Source: Lachnospiraceae bacterium (GTDB lineage: Bacteria; Bacillota; Clostridia; Lachnospirales; Lachnospiraceae). Taken from it: a stretch of DNA of 64,000 nucleotides. Shown piece after piece: positions 36,085-45,530 of this stretch. The DNA lies in contig JAGCVY010000052.1 of assembly GCA_017962105.1 (NCBI GenBank), forward strand, positions 983-64,982, read 5' to 3'. A model generated the notes under the pieces. It worked only from the letters and a program-made list of their open reading frames with translations, did no database searches and was not told the DNA's origin. Within the stretch, counting starts at the first letter, position 1; each line of letters begins with the position of its first letter. The translations under genes and the position numbers were made by a program.

Positions 36085-38307
36085 TTACGCTCCTGCCGGA
36101 ACCGCCTCCGGCTCCTCGCCCTTCAGCGCCTGCATCTGAAGCTGCGCCGTGACAAGGCCGTAGTAGATCCCCTTCTGTTCCATCAGTTCGTTGTGCGTGC
36201 CGATCTCGGCGATGTGGTGGCCGTCGATGACAACCAGACGGTCCGCATCCTTGAGCGTCGACAGGCGGTGTGCAATGGCAAATGTGGTGCACCCGGCGGT
36301 GAGACGCTCGAGAGCCTTCTGGATCAGGTACTCGCTCTCCGTGTCAAGAGCCGACGTCGCCTCATCGAGAATGAGAAGTCTCGGCTTGTTCAGGATGGCT
36401 CGCGCAATCGCCAGTCGCTGGCGCTCGCCTCCCGAAAGGCTGTATCCGTGCTCTCCGACGTAAGTGTTGTATCCGTCCGGCGTCTTGACGATGAAATCAT
36501 GGGCATTGGCCATCTTGGCAGCCATGATGATCTCCTCCTCGGTGGCGTCGGGCTTCGCAAACTTTAAGTTGTTGTAGATGGTGCCGGCGAACAGGAAGTT
36601 CTCCTGCAGCACCACCCCAATCTGGGAGTGATATTTTTCGATTTTCAGGTCGTTGATGTCGACGCCGTCGATCAGAAGCTTTCCGTCATCCACCTCATAG
36701 AGGCGCATGATCAGGTTGATGAGGGTCGACTTACCGGTGCCGGAAGCGCCGACCAGACCGATCATCTCCCCGGGCTTTACCTTAAGGTTGATCTTCTCAA
36801 GAACCGGCTCATAGGAACGGTATCCGAAGGTCACATCCCGGAATTCCACCTCGCCCTTGATGTCGCGCTCAACCGCCTGCTCATTGTCGCGGATCAGAGG
36901 TTCCTCGTCCATGACGTCGTAGATACGCTCAAGACTCGTCATCAGCTGTGTGATCATTCTGGGAAGGAATGTCATCCATCCTAACGGTCCGTACAGCATC
37001 CAGGTGTAGTTGATGAACTGCTGAAGCTGTCCTACCGTGAAGCGGTCCTCCAAAACGCCGACGCCGCCGAAGTACGTTACCACGTAGACGCCCATACCCA
37101 TGACAAACGAGATGATCGGGAACAGCGATGCCCAGAAGACCTCGTTGCGCTCCTGAACCTTCGCAAAATCATCCGTGAGTTTCCGGAAGTGTTCCGCCTC
37201 CTGCTCCTCGGTACCAAAGGACTTCACAACGCGCATGCCTGCAAGGATGTCCTGCAGACCGCTGTTGGTCTTGTCAAAGCGATGCCACTGCATGTGGAAG
37301 CGACGGTGGATATTCTTTCGGAACGAGATGGAAAGTCCCAGCGCGATCGGCACAAACACCACCGACATCACCGTCAGTTTCCAGTCCATCGTCAGCATGA
37401 CCACCACAACCGAGATCATCGAGATGATACAGGAGAACATTCCGGCAAATGCTTCCTCCATGAATCTGCGGACCTGTATCGTGTCATCCACGATACGGTT
37501 CATCAGCTCGCCGGGACGGCGGTCCTGAATGAACGAAAGCGACAGGATTTGGACCTTATGGTAGAGCATCTGTCTTAAGTCCATGCTCATCTTCGTACCC
37601 ATGGAGATACACATCCAGTACCGGAGCACGTGAAGCAGGATGGTGAAGATCGTTACGCCGATCAGGATCGCCGCGTAGATGATGATCTCCTTCATCCCGC
37701 CGCGTCCGACCTTGAGGTAATCGTCGATGAAGACCTGTTGAATCTTCGGGATTATCAGCTGGACCGCTGCCACACCGAGCATCAGAAGTGCGATGATAGC
37801 GAGCCGTCCCTTATAAGCTCCGCAGAGCTTGAAAAACTTCCAAAGGACCGAGGGCTTATGGCTGCACTTCGGGCATTCCTTCGTACCGCGCAGCGCCCGT
37901 CCGCACACCGGGCAGGTCTTGTCGTACTCCCTGCTGATGACCTGCTTCGGAACGCCGTCGCGGAGCAGGAGCGCTCCCTTGGCGATAAATGCCACTCTCG
38001 ATACATGCTTCATCGTAAACCGCGCGAGGATCCGTTCTTCGGGCTCCTGCACGGTACGGGCGATCAGGATTCCGTTGTTCACCAGCGGATCGCACTTTAA
38101 GTACGTGATATCCGCAAGCGCCAGCTCGGTCTTCACCTCCGATCCCGAGATCACGAACAGGCGGCGGTTCGTCACGACGAGATAACCGTCGTGCTTCATC
38201 TTCCCGTCGTCGCCGATGTCCACGGGCGAGCAGTATCGAATCTCCTCTCCGTCCGCCGGCGTAAATGCGTGTCTGGCTTCCGCCGGCAAATCAAAATTCA
38301 AATTCAT
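36085..38307 (-). CDS. ABC exporter half-transporter (TMD-NBD) with N-terminal PH-like domain and zinc ribbon
   Basis: 740 aa. The N-terminus reads GYLVVTNRRLFVISG ... CPVCGRALRGTKECPKCSHK, followed by 6 TM helices. NBD motifs are GASGTGKST, LSGGERQRLAIARA, LLILDEATSALD and AIAHRLST. Confidence 0.9.
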   Translation of the reverse strand: MNLNFDLPAEARHAFTPADGEEIRYCSPVDIGDDGKMKHDGYLVVTNRRLFVISGSEVKTELALADITYLKCDPLVNNGILIARTVQEPEERILARFTMKHVSRVAFIAKGALLLRDGVPKQVISREYDKTCPVCGRALRGTKECPKCSHKPSVLWKFFKLCGAYKGRLAIIALLMLGVAAVQLIIPKIQQVFIDDYLKVGRGGMKEIIIYAAILIGVTIFTILLHVLRYWMCISMGTKMSMDLRQMLYHKVQILSLSFIQDRRPGELMNRIVDDTIQVRRFMEEAFAGMFSCIISMISVVVVMLTMDWKLTVMSVVFVPIALGLSISFRKNIHRRFHMQWHRFDKTNSGLQDILAGMRVVKSFGTEEQEAEHFRKLTDDFAKVQERNEVFWASLFPIISFVMGMGVYVVTYFGGVGVLEDRFTVGQLQQFINYTWMLYGPLGWMTFLPRMITQLMTSLERIYDVMDEEPLIRDNEQAVERDIKGEVEFRDVTFGYRSYEPVLEKINLKVKPGEMIGLVGASGTGKSTLINLIMRLYEVDDGKLLIDGVDINDLKIEKYHSQIGVVLQENFLFAGTIYNNLKFAKPDATEEEIIMAAKMANAHDFIVKTPDGYNTYVGEHGYSLSGGERQRLAIARAILNKPRLLILDEATSALDTESEYLIQKALERLTAGCTTFAIAHRLSTLKDADRLVVIDGHHIAEIGTHNELMEQKGIYYGLVTAQLQMQALKGEEPEAVPAGA

Positions 38308-38355
38308 ATGTATTCCTTCCTGCTGCCGAAGCAGCTTCCGTAAGGTCCTGTCTGA

Positions 38356-38943
38356 TTACAGGAACAGATCCAGTTTCTTCAGTTCTCCCGCCGACAGCTT
38401 CGTAAAATCCGGTATCTCAAACCGGTTTCCGTCAAGGTCGGTGATCATCAGTCGGACATCCGTGAGGCTTACCACCGAGCTGGAGTTCATGTAGATCACG
38501 AACTTGCACGGTCCCTCCGTCGTGACAACATCCCAGTAGGCGTGTCCGTACTCCTCCTTGATGTCGTTGATCTTAGTGATGACCGGGGTAAAGTAACGAA
38601 GGTTCATCTGCTCCTCGAGCATTTTCCGAGTCTCCTTCGTGACGTCCTTCGTGATATCCTTGATGATGCCGATCTCCTTCGACTTTTCCTCCGTCGTGCG
38701 GATGGAAATGTAGCTGTCCGGCGCCGTGAACGGGAAGCTCCGCACCACGCGCACGCGGTCGTAATGCTCCGGCTTGTCATCCTCGCCCACGGGGATGTCC
38801 AGCGAGACAAATCCGCCGGGCGTGCGCTCGAACTTCGCATTGTAGCTGTTCAGGAAACGAAGCCGAAGCATCGCCTCGGTCTCGGCCTCCATCTGCTCGA
38901 GGTTGAATTCCTCGTCCGCTCCTTCAAAATTCTTAAAACCCAT
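38356..38943 (-). CDS. DUF1854-like protein
   Basis: 195 aa: FERTPGGFVSLDIP ... VRVVRSFPFTAPDSYISIRTTEEKSKEIGIIKDI ... RYFTPVITKINDIKEEYGHAYWDVVTTEGPCKFVI ... LMITDLDGNRFEIPD. This matches my recollection of DUF1854, which typically sits beside ABC exporters. A GATAGGAG RBS precedes the start. Confidence 0.7.
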   Translation of the reverse strand: MGFKNFEGADEEFNLEQMEAETEAMLRLRFLNSYNAKFERTPGGFVSLDIPVGEDDKPEHYDRVRVVRSFPFTAPDSYISIRTTEEKSKEIGIIKDITKDVTKETRKMLEEQMNLRYFTPVITKINDIKEEYGHAYWDVVTTEGPCKFVIYMNSSSVVSLTDVRLMITDLDGNRFEIPDFTKLSAGELKKLDLFL

Positions 38944-38983
38944 ACTATACTCCTATCTTCCGGTGCGCCGCACCGGAACGTTT

Positions 38984-41383
38984 CTATTCTATTCCCTTCA
39001 GCGCCAAAGCCTTGGTCTGCAGCTCTTTCAGCTTGTAGTACACGCCCTTCTTCGCCAGAAGCTCCTCGTGGGTACCCTCCTCGGCAATCTTGCCTTCGTC
39101 GATGACGATCAGCGTATCGGCGTCGCGGAGCGTCGAGAGACGATGCGCGATGGAGATGGTCGTTCTGCCCTTGATGAGCATGTTGATGGACTGCTGGATC
39201 GCCTGCTCCGTCTCGGTGTCCACGGCGGCCGTCGCCTCATCGAGGATGAGGATCTTCGGGTTCGCCAGAATGGCTCTCGCGATGGAGATTCTCTGGCGCT
39301 CACCGCCGGACAGCTCGCGTCCGGAGGAGCCGATCATCGTGTCGTAGCCGTCCGGCATACGGCAGATGAAGTCGTGGGCGCTGGCTAAAACCGCCGCACG
39401 GATGATCTCCGCGCGGGAGGCATCCTTCTTGGCGTAGGCGATATTTTCCGCAACCGTTCCCATGAACATGTAGGTCTCCTGGGACACCATCGCGACGTTG
39501 CCGCGAAGCGTCTTGAAGGAGAGGTCCTTCAAGTTCACGCCGTCCAGCGTGACCGAGCCCTCCTGCGGGTCATAAAGACGCGAGATCAGGTTGACGATGG
39601 TGGTCTTGCCTGCGCCGGAACGCCCGACGATACCGAGCATGTGGCCGCCCTCGACCTTCATGTTGATGTTCTTGAGAACGGGCTTGTTCTTCTCGTACCC
39701 GAAGGTGACGTTCTTCATCTCGATCGTACCCTCGATGGTGTCGAGTGAAACGGCGTCCTCCTTCTCCGCGATCTCCGGAACCGCGTCGATGATCTCGAAC
39801 ATACGCTGTGCGCTGTTCATGCAGTTCGTGAACCAGCGGAAGAAGAACGACATGAAGTCCATAGGACCGGTCATCTGGCCGACGTACCCTGCAAAGGTGA
39901 TCAGGATCGCGTAGTCGAACCGCTTCTGGATCAGGATCAGGTACGCACCCACGATGTACACCATCAGGGATGCCAGATTTTCCGCCGCCGAATACAGCGC
40001 GGAAAATTTGTTGTCGTAGTTCATGACCGCCAGATCGGCGCTTCGCACCTTCTCGTTGCTCTTGTCAAACCGCTTAACCTCGCTGCTTTCCTGTCCGAAT
40101 GCCTTGACGACGCGCGCGCCGCTTAAGTTGTCGTGAATCTTCGAATTCAGCGATCTCGTCGCGCGGTGCCTCCGCCCGTAGCGATGCCACAGGCGCGGCA
40201 GCATTTTCCAACTCACCAGGAAGGTGATCGGCATGAACATCAGGGCCACAATTGCCAGCGGCCAGCTCAGCCGGAACATCACCACAGCCATCGCGATGAT
40301 GGAAAATACATTGATCAAAAAGTACGGCAATCCGTCGATGAAGAAGCCCGAGACTTCATCCGAGTCGGACATGACACGGGTCATAAGGGATCCGGTCTGC
40401 TTGCTCGTGAAGAAGTTGATGGAGAGTTTGCCCATGGCGCCGAAGACGTCGTTTCTCATGGATTTGACGACTCTCGGCACGATCTTCGCAGTCATAACGC
40501 CCTGCAGGATACCCACCAGCTGCATCGTGATCTTCGTCATCACCATGGTGAGAACGATGAGAAGCAGGATGGTCACGTAGCGGTTGCCCTCGATCGACAG
40601 GAACGAGAGGAATTTCTCGTCCTTCCCGAGGACCTTGCGGTACAGTACAACGCCGTTTAAGTACGGCCACACAATGTTCAGTGCCGCTGTCGCCAGATAG
40701 CACAGAAACATCACGAGAATTCTCCATTTGTACGGCTTTAGGTAGCCGATGGTCCTGCGGAAGATAGATTTCTTGTTCATGCACTTCGGGCACACCTTGC
40801 GGTCCGAGTCAGGGTACATCGTGCCGCAGATCGGGCAGTACTCCTCTTCCTCGTCATCCTCGAGGTCTTCGTCCTTGATTTCCTTGTCCTCCGCAAGCTT
40901 TTCGCAAAGCCGCTCAATCTTGGTTGCGCTGCCCATGCAGTGGTTGGACACCGCTGCAACGGTCTCCGCGGCACCCTCAGCCTCCGGATCATCCTTATCC
41001 TTGTGGACCAGGATCAGGAATCCGCCGCTCACCGTGCGCTCCACATAAGCGTTCTTCACATCCGAGATGTCGAATTCGGCAAATGTCCACTCGCGGTCGG
41101 AAGCTATCTTCCGCGTATTGCGGGTCTCCATACCCTTGAAATAGTGAACCTCGCCCGAGAGCGGGTCCGCTGTCGCCGTGATCAGTCGATCCTTCGTCAT
41201 GATAATCCACCCGGGCGTGAACGCGCAGGTCAGATCCATATCTGTCCGGACGCATACCAAAACGTCCGACTCCTTGACCCCGCGGGCCCAGAGTTTGTTT
41301 TCCAGTTCCTGCGGAAGCTTTCCGGTCACCTGTTTCGGCTCTTCCGAAATCTTCCGATTCTTCTTACCCCTTGTTATCCTCAT
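38984..41383 (-). CDS. ABC exporter half-transporter (TMD-NBD) with N-terminal PH-like domain, acidic linker and zinc ribbon
   Basis: 799 aa. The N-terminus reads GWIIMTKDRLITA ... DEDLEDDEEEEYCPICGTMYPDSDRKVCPKCMNK, followed by 6 TM helices. NBD motifs are GRSGAGKTT, LSGGERQRISIARA, ILILDEATAAVD and SIAHRLST. Confidence 0.9.
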   Translation of the reverse strand: MRITRGKKNRKISEEPKQVTGKLPQELENKLWARGVKESDVLVCVRTDMDLTCAFTPGWIIMTKDRLITATADPLSGEVHYFKGMETRNTRKIASDREWTFAEFDISDVKNAYVERTVSGGFLILVHKDKDDPEAEGAAETVAAVSNHCMGSATKIERLCEKLAEDKEIKDEDLEDDEEEEYCPICGTMYPDSDRKVCPKCMNKKSIFRRTIGYLKPYKWRILVMFLCYLATAALNIVWPYLNGVVLYRKVLGKDEKFLSFLSIEGNRYVTILLLIVLTMVMTKITMQLVGILQGVMTAKIVPRVVKSMRNDVFGAMGKLSINFFTSKQTGSLMTRVMSDSDEVSGFFIDGLPYFLINVFSIIAMAVVMFRLSWPLAIVALMFMPITFLVSWKMLPRLWHRYGRRHRATRSLNSKIHDNLSGARVVKAFGQESSEVKRFDKSNEKVRSADLAVMNYDNKFSALYSAAENLASLMVYIVGAYLILIQKRFDYAILITFAGYVGQMTGPMDFMSFFFRWFTNCMNSAQRMFEIIDAVPEIAEKEDAVSLDTIEGTIEMKNVTFGYEKNKPVLKNINMKVEGGHMLGIVGRSGAGKTTIVNLISRLYDPQEGSVTLDGVNLKDLSFKTLRGNVAMVSQETYMFMGTVAENIAYAKKDASRAEIIRAAVLASAHDFICRMPDGYDTMIGSSGRELSGGERQRISIARAILANPKILILDEATAAVDTETEQAIQQSINMLIKGRTTISIAHRLSTLRDADTLIVIDEGKIAEEGTHEELLAKKGVYYKLKELQTKALALKGIE

Positions 41384-41469
41384 TTCCCTGCATCCACAGT
41401 GCAGTATAGTAAAAACCGTCGGTTCCTATGGTCTGAAGCCGCCACACAAATCGCTCTGAAATACAACTA

Positions 41470-41498
41470 TGCGGCACGACGAAAACCGTCGTGCCGCA
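41470..41498 (-). terminator. Intrinsic terminator downstream of the decarboxylase gene
   Basis: Perfect 12-bp stem TGCGGCACGACG / CGTCGTGCCGCA with loop AAAAC. The minus-strand tail TAGTTGTATTT is only moderately U-rich. Confidence 0.55.
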
Positions 41499-41548
41499 CA
41501 TATATCGTGACTCATTTCGCACAGGTTTCGTCTGTCGCCGAAACCGTA

Positions 41549-42814
41549 TCAGAAATGACCATCCATTATATTGCTGAAATTGAATGTCGCGAAATAATCC
41601 CCCGGCGTCTCCGCCCTTCGGATCCTCGTCACCGACCCGTCCGGTCGGAGCAGCAGTTCCGCTGATCTCAGCTTACCGTTGTAATTGTACCCCATGGAAA
41701 AGCCGTGGGCACCGGTATCATGGATAAACAGGTAATCTCCGATATCGATCTTCGGCAGTTTGCGGTCTATCGCAAACTTGTCATTATTTTCACACAAAGA
41801 ACCGACCACATCATACGTGTAATCGCACGGTTCATTCTCCTTCCCCAAAACCGTGATGTGGTGATACGCCCCGTACATAGCAGGCCGCATCAGGTTGACG
41901 GCGCAGGCATCCACGCCGATGTACTCCTTGTAAATGTGCTTCTCATGAATTGCACGCACCACAAGACCGCCGTAAGGCGCAAGCATAAAGCGCCCAAGCT
42001 CGGTATAGACGGCAACATCGCCCATCCCGGCCGGCACCAGCACTTCGTCATACACTTCCTTCACACCGCGTCCAACAGCTGCGATATCCACAGCCTCCTG
42101 CTCCGGCCGATAAGGCACACCGATGCCGCCGGAAAGGTTGACAAATGCGATATGAGCCCCCGTCTCCTTAGCAAGATCCACTGCGAGCGTGAACAGAGTC
42201 CGAGCCAGCGTCGGATAGTAATTCTCCGCAATCGTGTTGCTTACAAGGAACGAGTGGATGCCGAAATGCTTCACTCCGAGCCCCTTCAGGGTACGGAACG
42301 CCTCGATGAGCTGCTCCTTGGTGCAGCCGTACTTGGCGTCGCCGGGGTTGTCCATGATCCCGTTGCCGAGCTCATAGACTCCGCCCGGATTGTACCGCAT
42401 GCAAACGGTCTCCGGAATGCCGCACTCCTCCTGTAAGAACGGAATATGCGTGATGTCATCCAAGTTGATGAAAGCACCCAATTCCCGTGCCTTGGTAAAC
42501 TCACCGAACGGTGTCTCATTGGAAGAGAACATAATATCCTCCCCGCGCATGCCGGCCGCGTCGGCAAGGCAGAGTTCGGTATACGAAGAACAATCCGCAC
42601 CGCAGCCCTCTTCGCGGAGGATCTGCAAAATGAACGGATTCGGGGTGGCCTTGACGGCAAAGAACTCCTTATAACCGGGATTCCACGCAAACGCCTGCTT
42701 AAGCGCACGGGCATTGCGGCGGATCGCAGCTTCGTCATAGATATGGAAAGGCGTAGGATACGTCTTCACGATTTCTTTGACCTGCTGTTCGGTTATAAAC
42801 GGTTTCTTGCTCAT
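41549..42814 (-). CDS. lysA: PLP-dependent decarboxylase, Orn/DAP/Arg decarboxylase family 2 (probably diaminopimelate decarboxylase)
   Basis: ATG 42814 (MSKKPFITEQQVKEIVKTYPTPFHIYDE) has a GAAAGGAG RBS. Motifs are FFAVKATPNPFILQIL (PLP Lys), NLSGGIGVPY and GSLCENNDKF. The substrate assignment is an inference. Confidence 0.7.
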   Translation of the reverse strand: MSKKPFITEQQVKEIVKTYPTPFHIYDEAAIRRNARALKQAFAWNPGYKEFFAVKATPNPFILQILREEGCGADCSSYTELCLADAAGMRGEDIMFSSNETPFGEFTKARELGAFINLDDITHIPFLQEECGIPETVCMRYNPGGVYELGNGIMDNPGDAKYGCTKEQLIEAFRTLKGLGVKHFGIHSFLVSNTIAENYYPTLARTLFTLAVDLAKETGAHIAFVNLSGGIGVPYRPEQEAVDIAAVGRGVKEVYDEVLVPAGMGDVAVYTELGRFMLAPYGGLVVRAIHEKHIYKEYIGVDACAVNLMRPAMYGAYHHITVLGKENEPCDYTYDVVGSLCENNDKFAIDRKLPKIDIGDYLFIHDTGAHGFSMGYNYNGKLRSAELLLRPDGSVTRIRRAETPGDYFATFNFSNIMDGHF

Positions 42815-42893
42815 GGTTCCACTCCTTTCTTCGATTTTAGTTTTTCGGAAAATGCCGTAACCGTACGGCGCTTCCGGGCACGAAACTTTTTGC

Positions 42894-42922
42894 ATTATAG
42901 CACCATGTCCCCGAAAAGACAA
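42894..42922 (-). promoter_or_regulatory. Sigma-A-type promoter of the decarboxylase gene
   Basis: The minus strand reads TTGTCT, a 17-nt spacer ending in TGC, then TATAAT (42899-42894). The leader is about 80 nt. Confidence 0.6.
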
Positions 42923-42929
42923 TGGTAAA

Positions 42930-43418
42930 TTATGAGTTTTTTTGTGTTATTTCCTTCACTGTACTTTTTCTGCTTTTCGGCACGACCGGATGTCTCTCCT
43001 GAAAGCGCTTGATGGCATTTTCCTGCTCGACGGTTTCCACCGCCTTCTCGCTGTATTTATCATGCAGAAAAGCAATCGGCCTCTTCTGCCCGAGCATGTG
43101 GAGAACACACGCCGCCACATAGCCTGTCCTTCCGTGCCCGCCGACGCAGAACAGGCCCACGCGCTTGCCGGCCTTTAAGCGGGTCACAATGGCGTCCACA
43201 AGCAGATCCAGAACATCATCCGGCAGGATGCCGTAATCATCGATCGGATAATACACCACCTCACCCCGGTAACCATCCCTCCACACCCAGGCGGGGAGCC
43301 GCTCGAGCGGGAAGAGTGCATCCGGCTTGAGGTACAAAATCTCCTCCAGGTTAACGATCCCGCAGAGAATAAATCCCTTGACGATCTCAACGGCGTGCTG
43401 CGGTTCATAATCGCCCAT
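42930..43418 (-). CDS. Dual-specificity / tyrosine protein phosphatase family protein
   Basis: 162 aa. The CX5R P-loop is FCVGGHGRTGYVAACVL. A GGAGGTG RBS precedes the start. Confidence 0.75.
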   Translation of the reverse strand: MGDYEPQHAVEIVKGFILCGIVNLEEILYLKPDALFPLERLPAWVWRDGYRGEVVYYPIDDYGILPDDVLDLLVDAIVTRLKAGKRVGLFCVGGHGRTGYVAACVLHMLGQKRPIAFLHDKYSEKAVETVEQENAIKRFQERHPVVPKSRKSTVKEITQKNS

Positions 43419-43580
43419 TGTTCACACCTCCGTAATCCTCGAAAAATAACGACTGTGTTACACTGTTACTATCACAGAATCCCCCCGAAAAGTCAAGCGT
43501 TTTCGCTCGCAAGCAACAACAAAATGTGGTAGTATAGATAAGCCGCAGGCACAACATAAAGGCTAAGGAAGGTATTCCCC

Positions 43581-45521
43581 ATGGCAGAATATACCGGAAG
43601 TCAAATCGTCGTTCTGGAAGGGCTTGAAGCTGTCCGCAAGAGACCGGGTATGTACATCGGTTCCACGGGCACGAAAGGCCTTCATCACCTCGTATGGGAA
43701 ATTCTGGACAACGGTATCGATGAGCATCTGGCGGGCTACTGCAGCGAGATCAACATCATCCTGCAGAAGGACGGAGGCATGACCATCATCGACCACGGAC
43801 GAGGCGTTCCCGTGGACATTCACCCCACGAAGAAAATCCCCACCGCGCGGGTCGTGTACACGATTCTTCACGCGGGCGGCAAGTTCGGGAACTCGGTCTA
43901 CAAGGTTTCCGGCGGTCTGCACGGCGTCGGCGCCTCTGTCGTCAACGCACTCTCCTCCCACATGATCGTGGAGATCAAGAGAGGCGGGAACATTTACCGT
44001 GACGAGTACCGGGACGGCGGACATCCCGTGACCAAGCTGGTGGACGGACTTCTGCCGGTGGTGGGCACCTGCAAAAAGAGCGACACCGGAACGAAGGTTA
44101 CCTTCTACCCCGACCCGTCGATCTTCGAAACGATCGAATTCAAGCCCGAGACCATCTGCAAGCGGCTCAAGGAGATCGCGTACTTAAACCGCGGCCTGAC
44201 GGTCACATTTACCGAGGAGAAAACCGGCGAGACCCGCACCTACCACGAGGAGGACGGGATCAAGAGCTTTATCTCCTACATCAACCGGGACGCGTCCCCA
44301 CTGCACCCCGAGCCGGTCTACATCAGCGGCGAGAAGGGCGACATTGAGGTGGAGGTTGCCTTCCAGTACATCAACGACTACACCGAACAGATTAACGCAT
44401 ACTGTAACCGCATCAACGTGGTCGACGGCGGCACCCTTGTAACCGGCTTAAAGACCGCTCTCACAAGGGTCCTCAACTCCTACGCAAGGGAGCTCGGATA
44501 CCTGAAGGACAAGGACGACAACTTCGACGGAAAGGACGTGCGAAACGGCCTCGTCGCCATCGTCTCCATCAAGCATCCGGACCCGCAATTCGAGGGTCAG
44601 ACCAAGACGAAGCTCGGCAACACGGACGCCAAGGTCGCGGTGGACGAAGTCTTCGCGACGGAAGTCACGAGATGGTTTGACAAGAATGTCGAAGTGCTCC
44701 GGGCGATCCTCGATAACACCGCCCGCTCCTGCAAGGCCCGTCAGGCCTCCGACAAGGCGCGCACGGCAGTCCTCAAGCAGTTGAATGACGTCGACACCAA
44801 GAGCAAGCTCGCAGCCTGCTCCTCGAAGAAGCCCTCCGAGTGCGAGGTCTACATCGTCGAGGGTGACTCCGCAGGCGGCACCGTGAAGACTGCGAGAAAC
44901 CGCCGAACGCAGGCTGTTCTTCCTCTCCGCGGTAAGATCATCAACGTGGAGAAGGCGACTCTTGAAAAGATTTTACAGAACAACGAGATCAAGTCAATGA
45001 TCGCGGCATTCGGCTGCGGCATCGGCGACGAATTCGATATCACCAAGCTCCGCTACGACAAGATCATCATCCTTACCGATGCCGATGTCGACGGCGGCCA
45101 TATCAGCACGCTGCTCCTCACCTTCTTCTACCGCTTCATGCCGGAGCTGATCATGGAGGGCAAGGTGTACCGGGGTCTTCCGCCGTTATACAAGGTGGAG
45201 TACGAGACCACCGGCAAGAAGAAGGGTAAGCACAGTGCGTACCTGATGAACGACTTCGAGCTCGACAAGCTTCGCAAGGAGCTCGAACACGGAGGAAAAA
45301 TCCTCAATGTCCAGCGCTACAAGGGTCTCGGTGAGATGGATGCCAACCAGCTCTGGGAGACAACCCTCGATCCCGAGCACCGTGTTCTCGCGCAGATTTC
45401 CATCGGCGATTCGGTGGAGGCCGACGAGACGACACAGCTTCTCATGGGAAGCGCCGTACCGCCCCGCCGCGAGTTCATCATGAAGGAAGCGCAGTACGCC
45501 ACTCTCGATCTTCAGGCATAG
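43581..45521 (+). CDS. Type IIA topoisomerase subunit B (ParE/GyrB family)
   Basis: 646 aa. Motifs are [47 protein letters not shown], the Toprim [12 protein letters not shown] and DADVDGGHI. Confidence 0.9.
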   Translation: MAEYTGSQIVVLEGLEAVRKRPGMYIGSTGTKGLHHLVWEILDNGIDEHLAGYCSEINIILQKDGGMTIIDHGRGVPVDIHPTKKIPTARVVYTILHAGGKFGNSVYKVSGGLHGVGASVVNALSSHMIVEIKRGGNIYRDEYRDGGHPVTKLVDGLLPVVGTCKKSDTGTKVTFYPDPSIFETIEFKPETICKRLKEIAYLNRGLTVTFTEEKTGETRTYHEEDGIKSFISYINRDASPLHPEPVYISGEKGDIEVEVAFQYINDYTEQINAYCNRINVVDGGTLVTGLKTALTRVLNSYARELGYLKDKDDNFDGKDVRNGLVAIVSIKHPDPQFEGQTKTKLGNTDAKVAVDEVFATEVTRWFDKNVEVLRAILDNTARSCKARQASDKARTAVLKQLNDVDTKSKLAACSSKKPSECEVYIVEGDSAGGTVKTARNRRTQAVLPLRGKIINVEKATLEKILQNNEIKSMIAAFGCGIGDEFDITKLRYDKIIILTDADVDGGHISTLLLTFFYRFMPELIMEGKVYRGLPPLYKVEYETTGKKKGKHSAYLMNDFELDKLRKELEHGGKILNVQRYKGLGEMDANQLWETTLDPEHRVLAQISIGDSVEADETTQLLMGSAVPPRREFIMKEAQYATLDLQA

Positions 45522-45530
45522 GAGTAATCC

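Noticed and set aside
42815-42929. Possible lysine riboswitch (L-box) upstream of the lysA-like decarboxylase.
   Set aside because: The leader from the predicted -10 to the start codon is only about 80 nt, far shorter than an L-box, and I saw no multi-stem junction.
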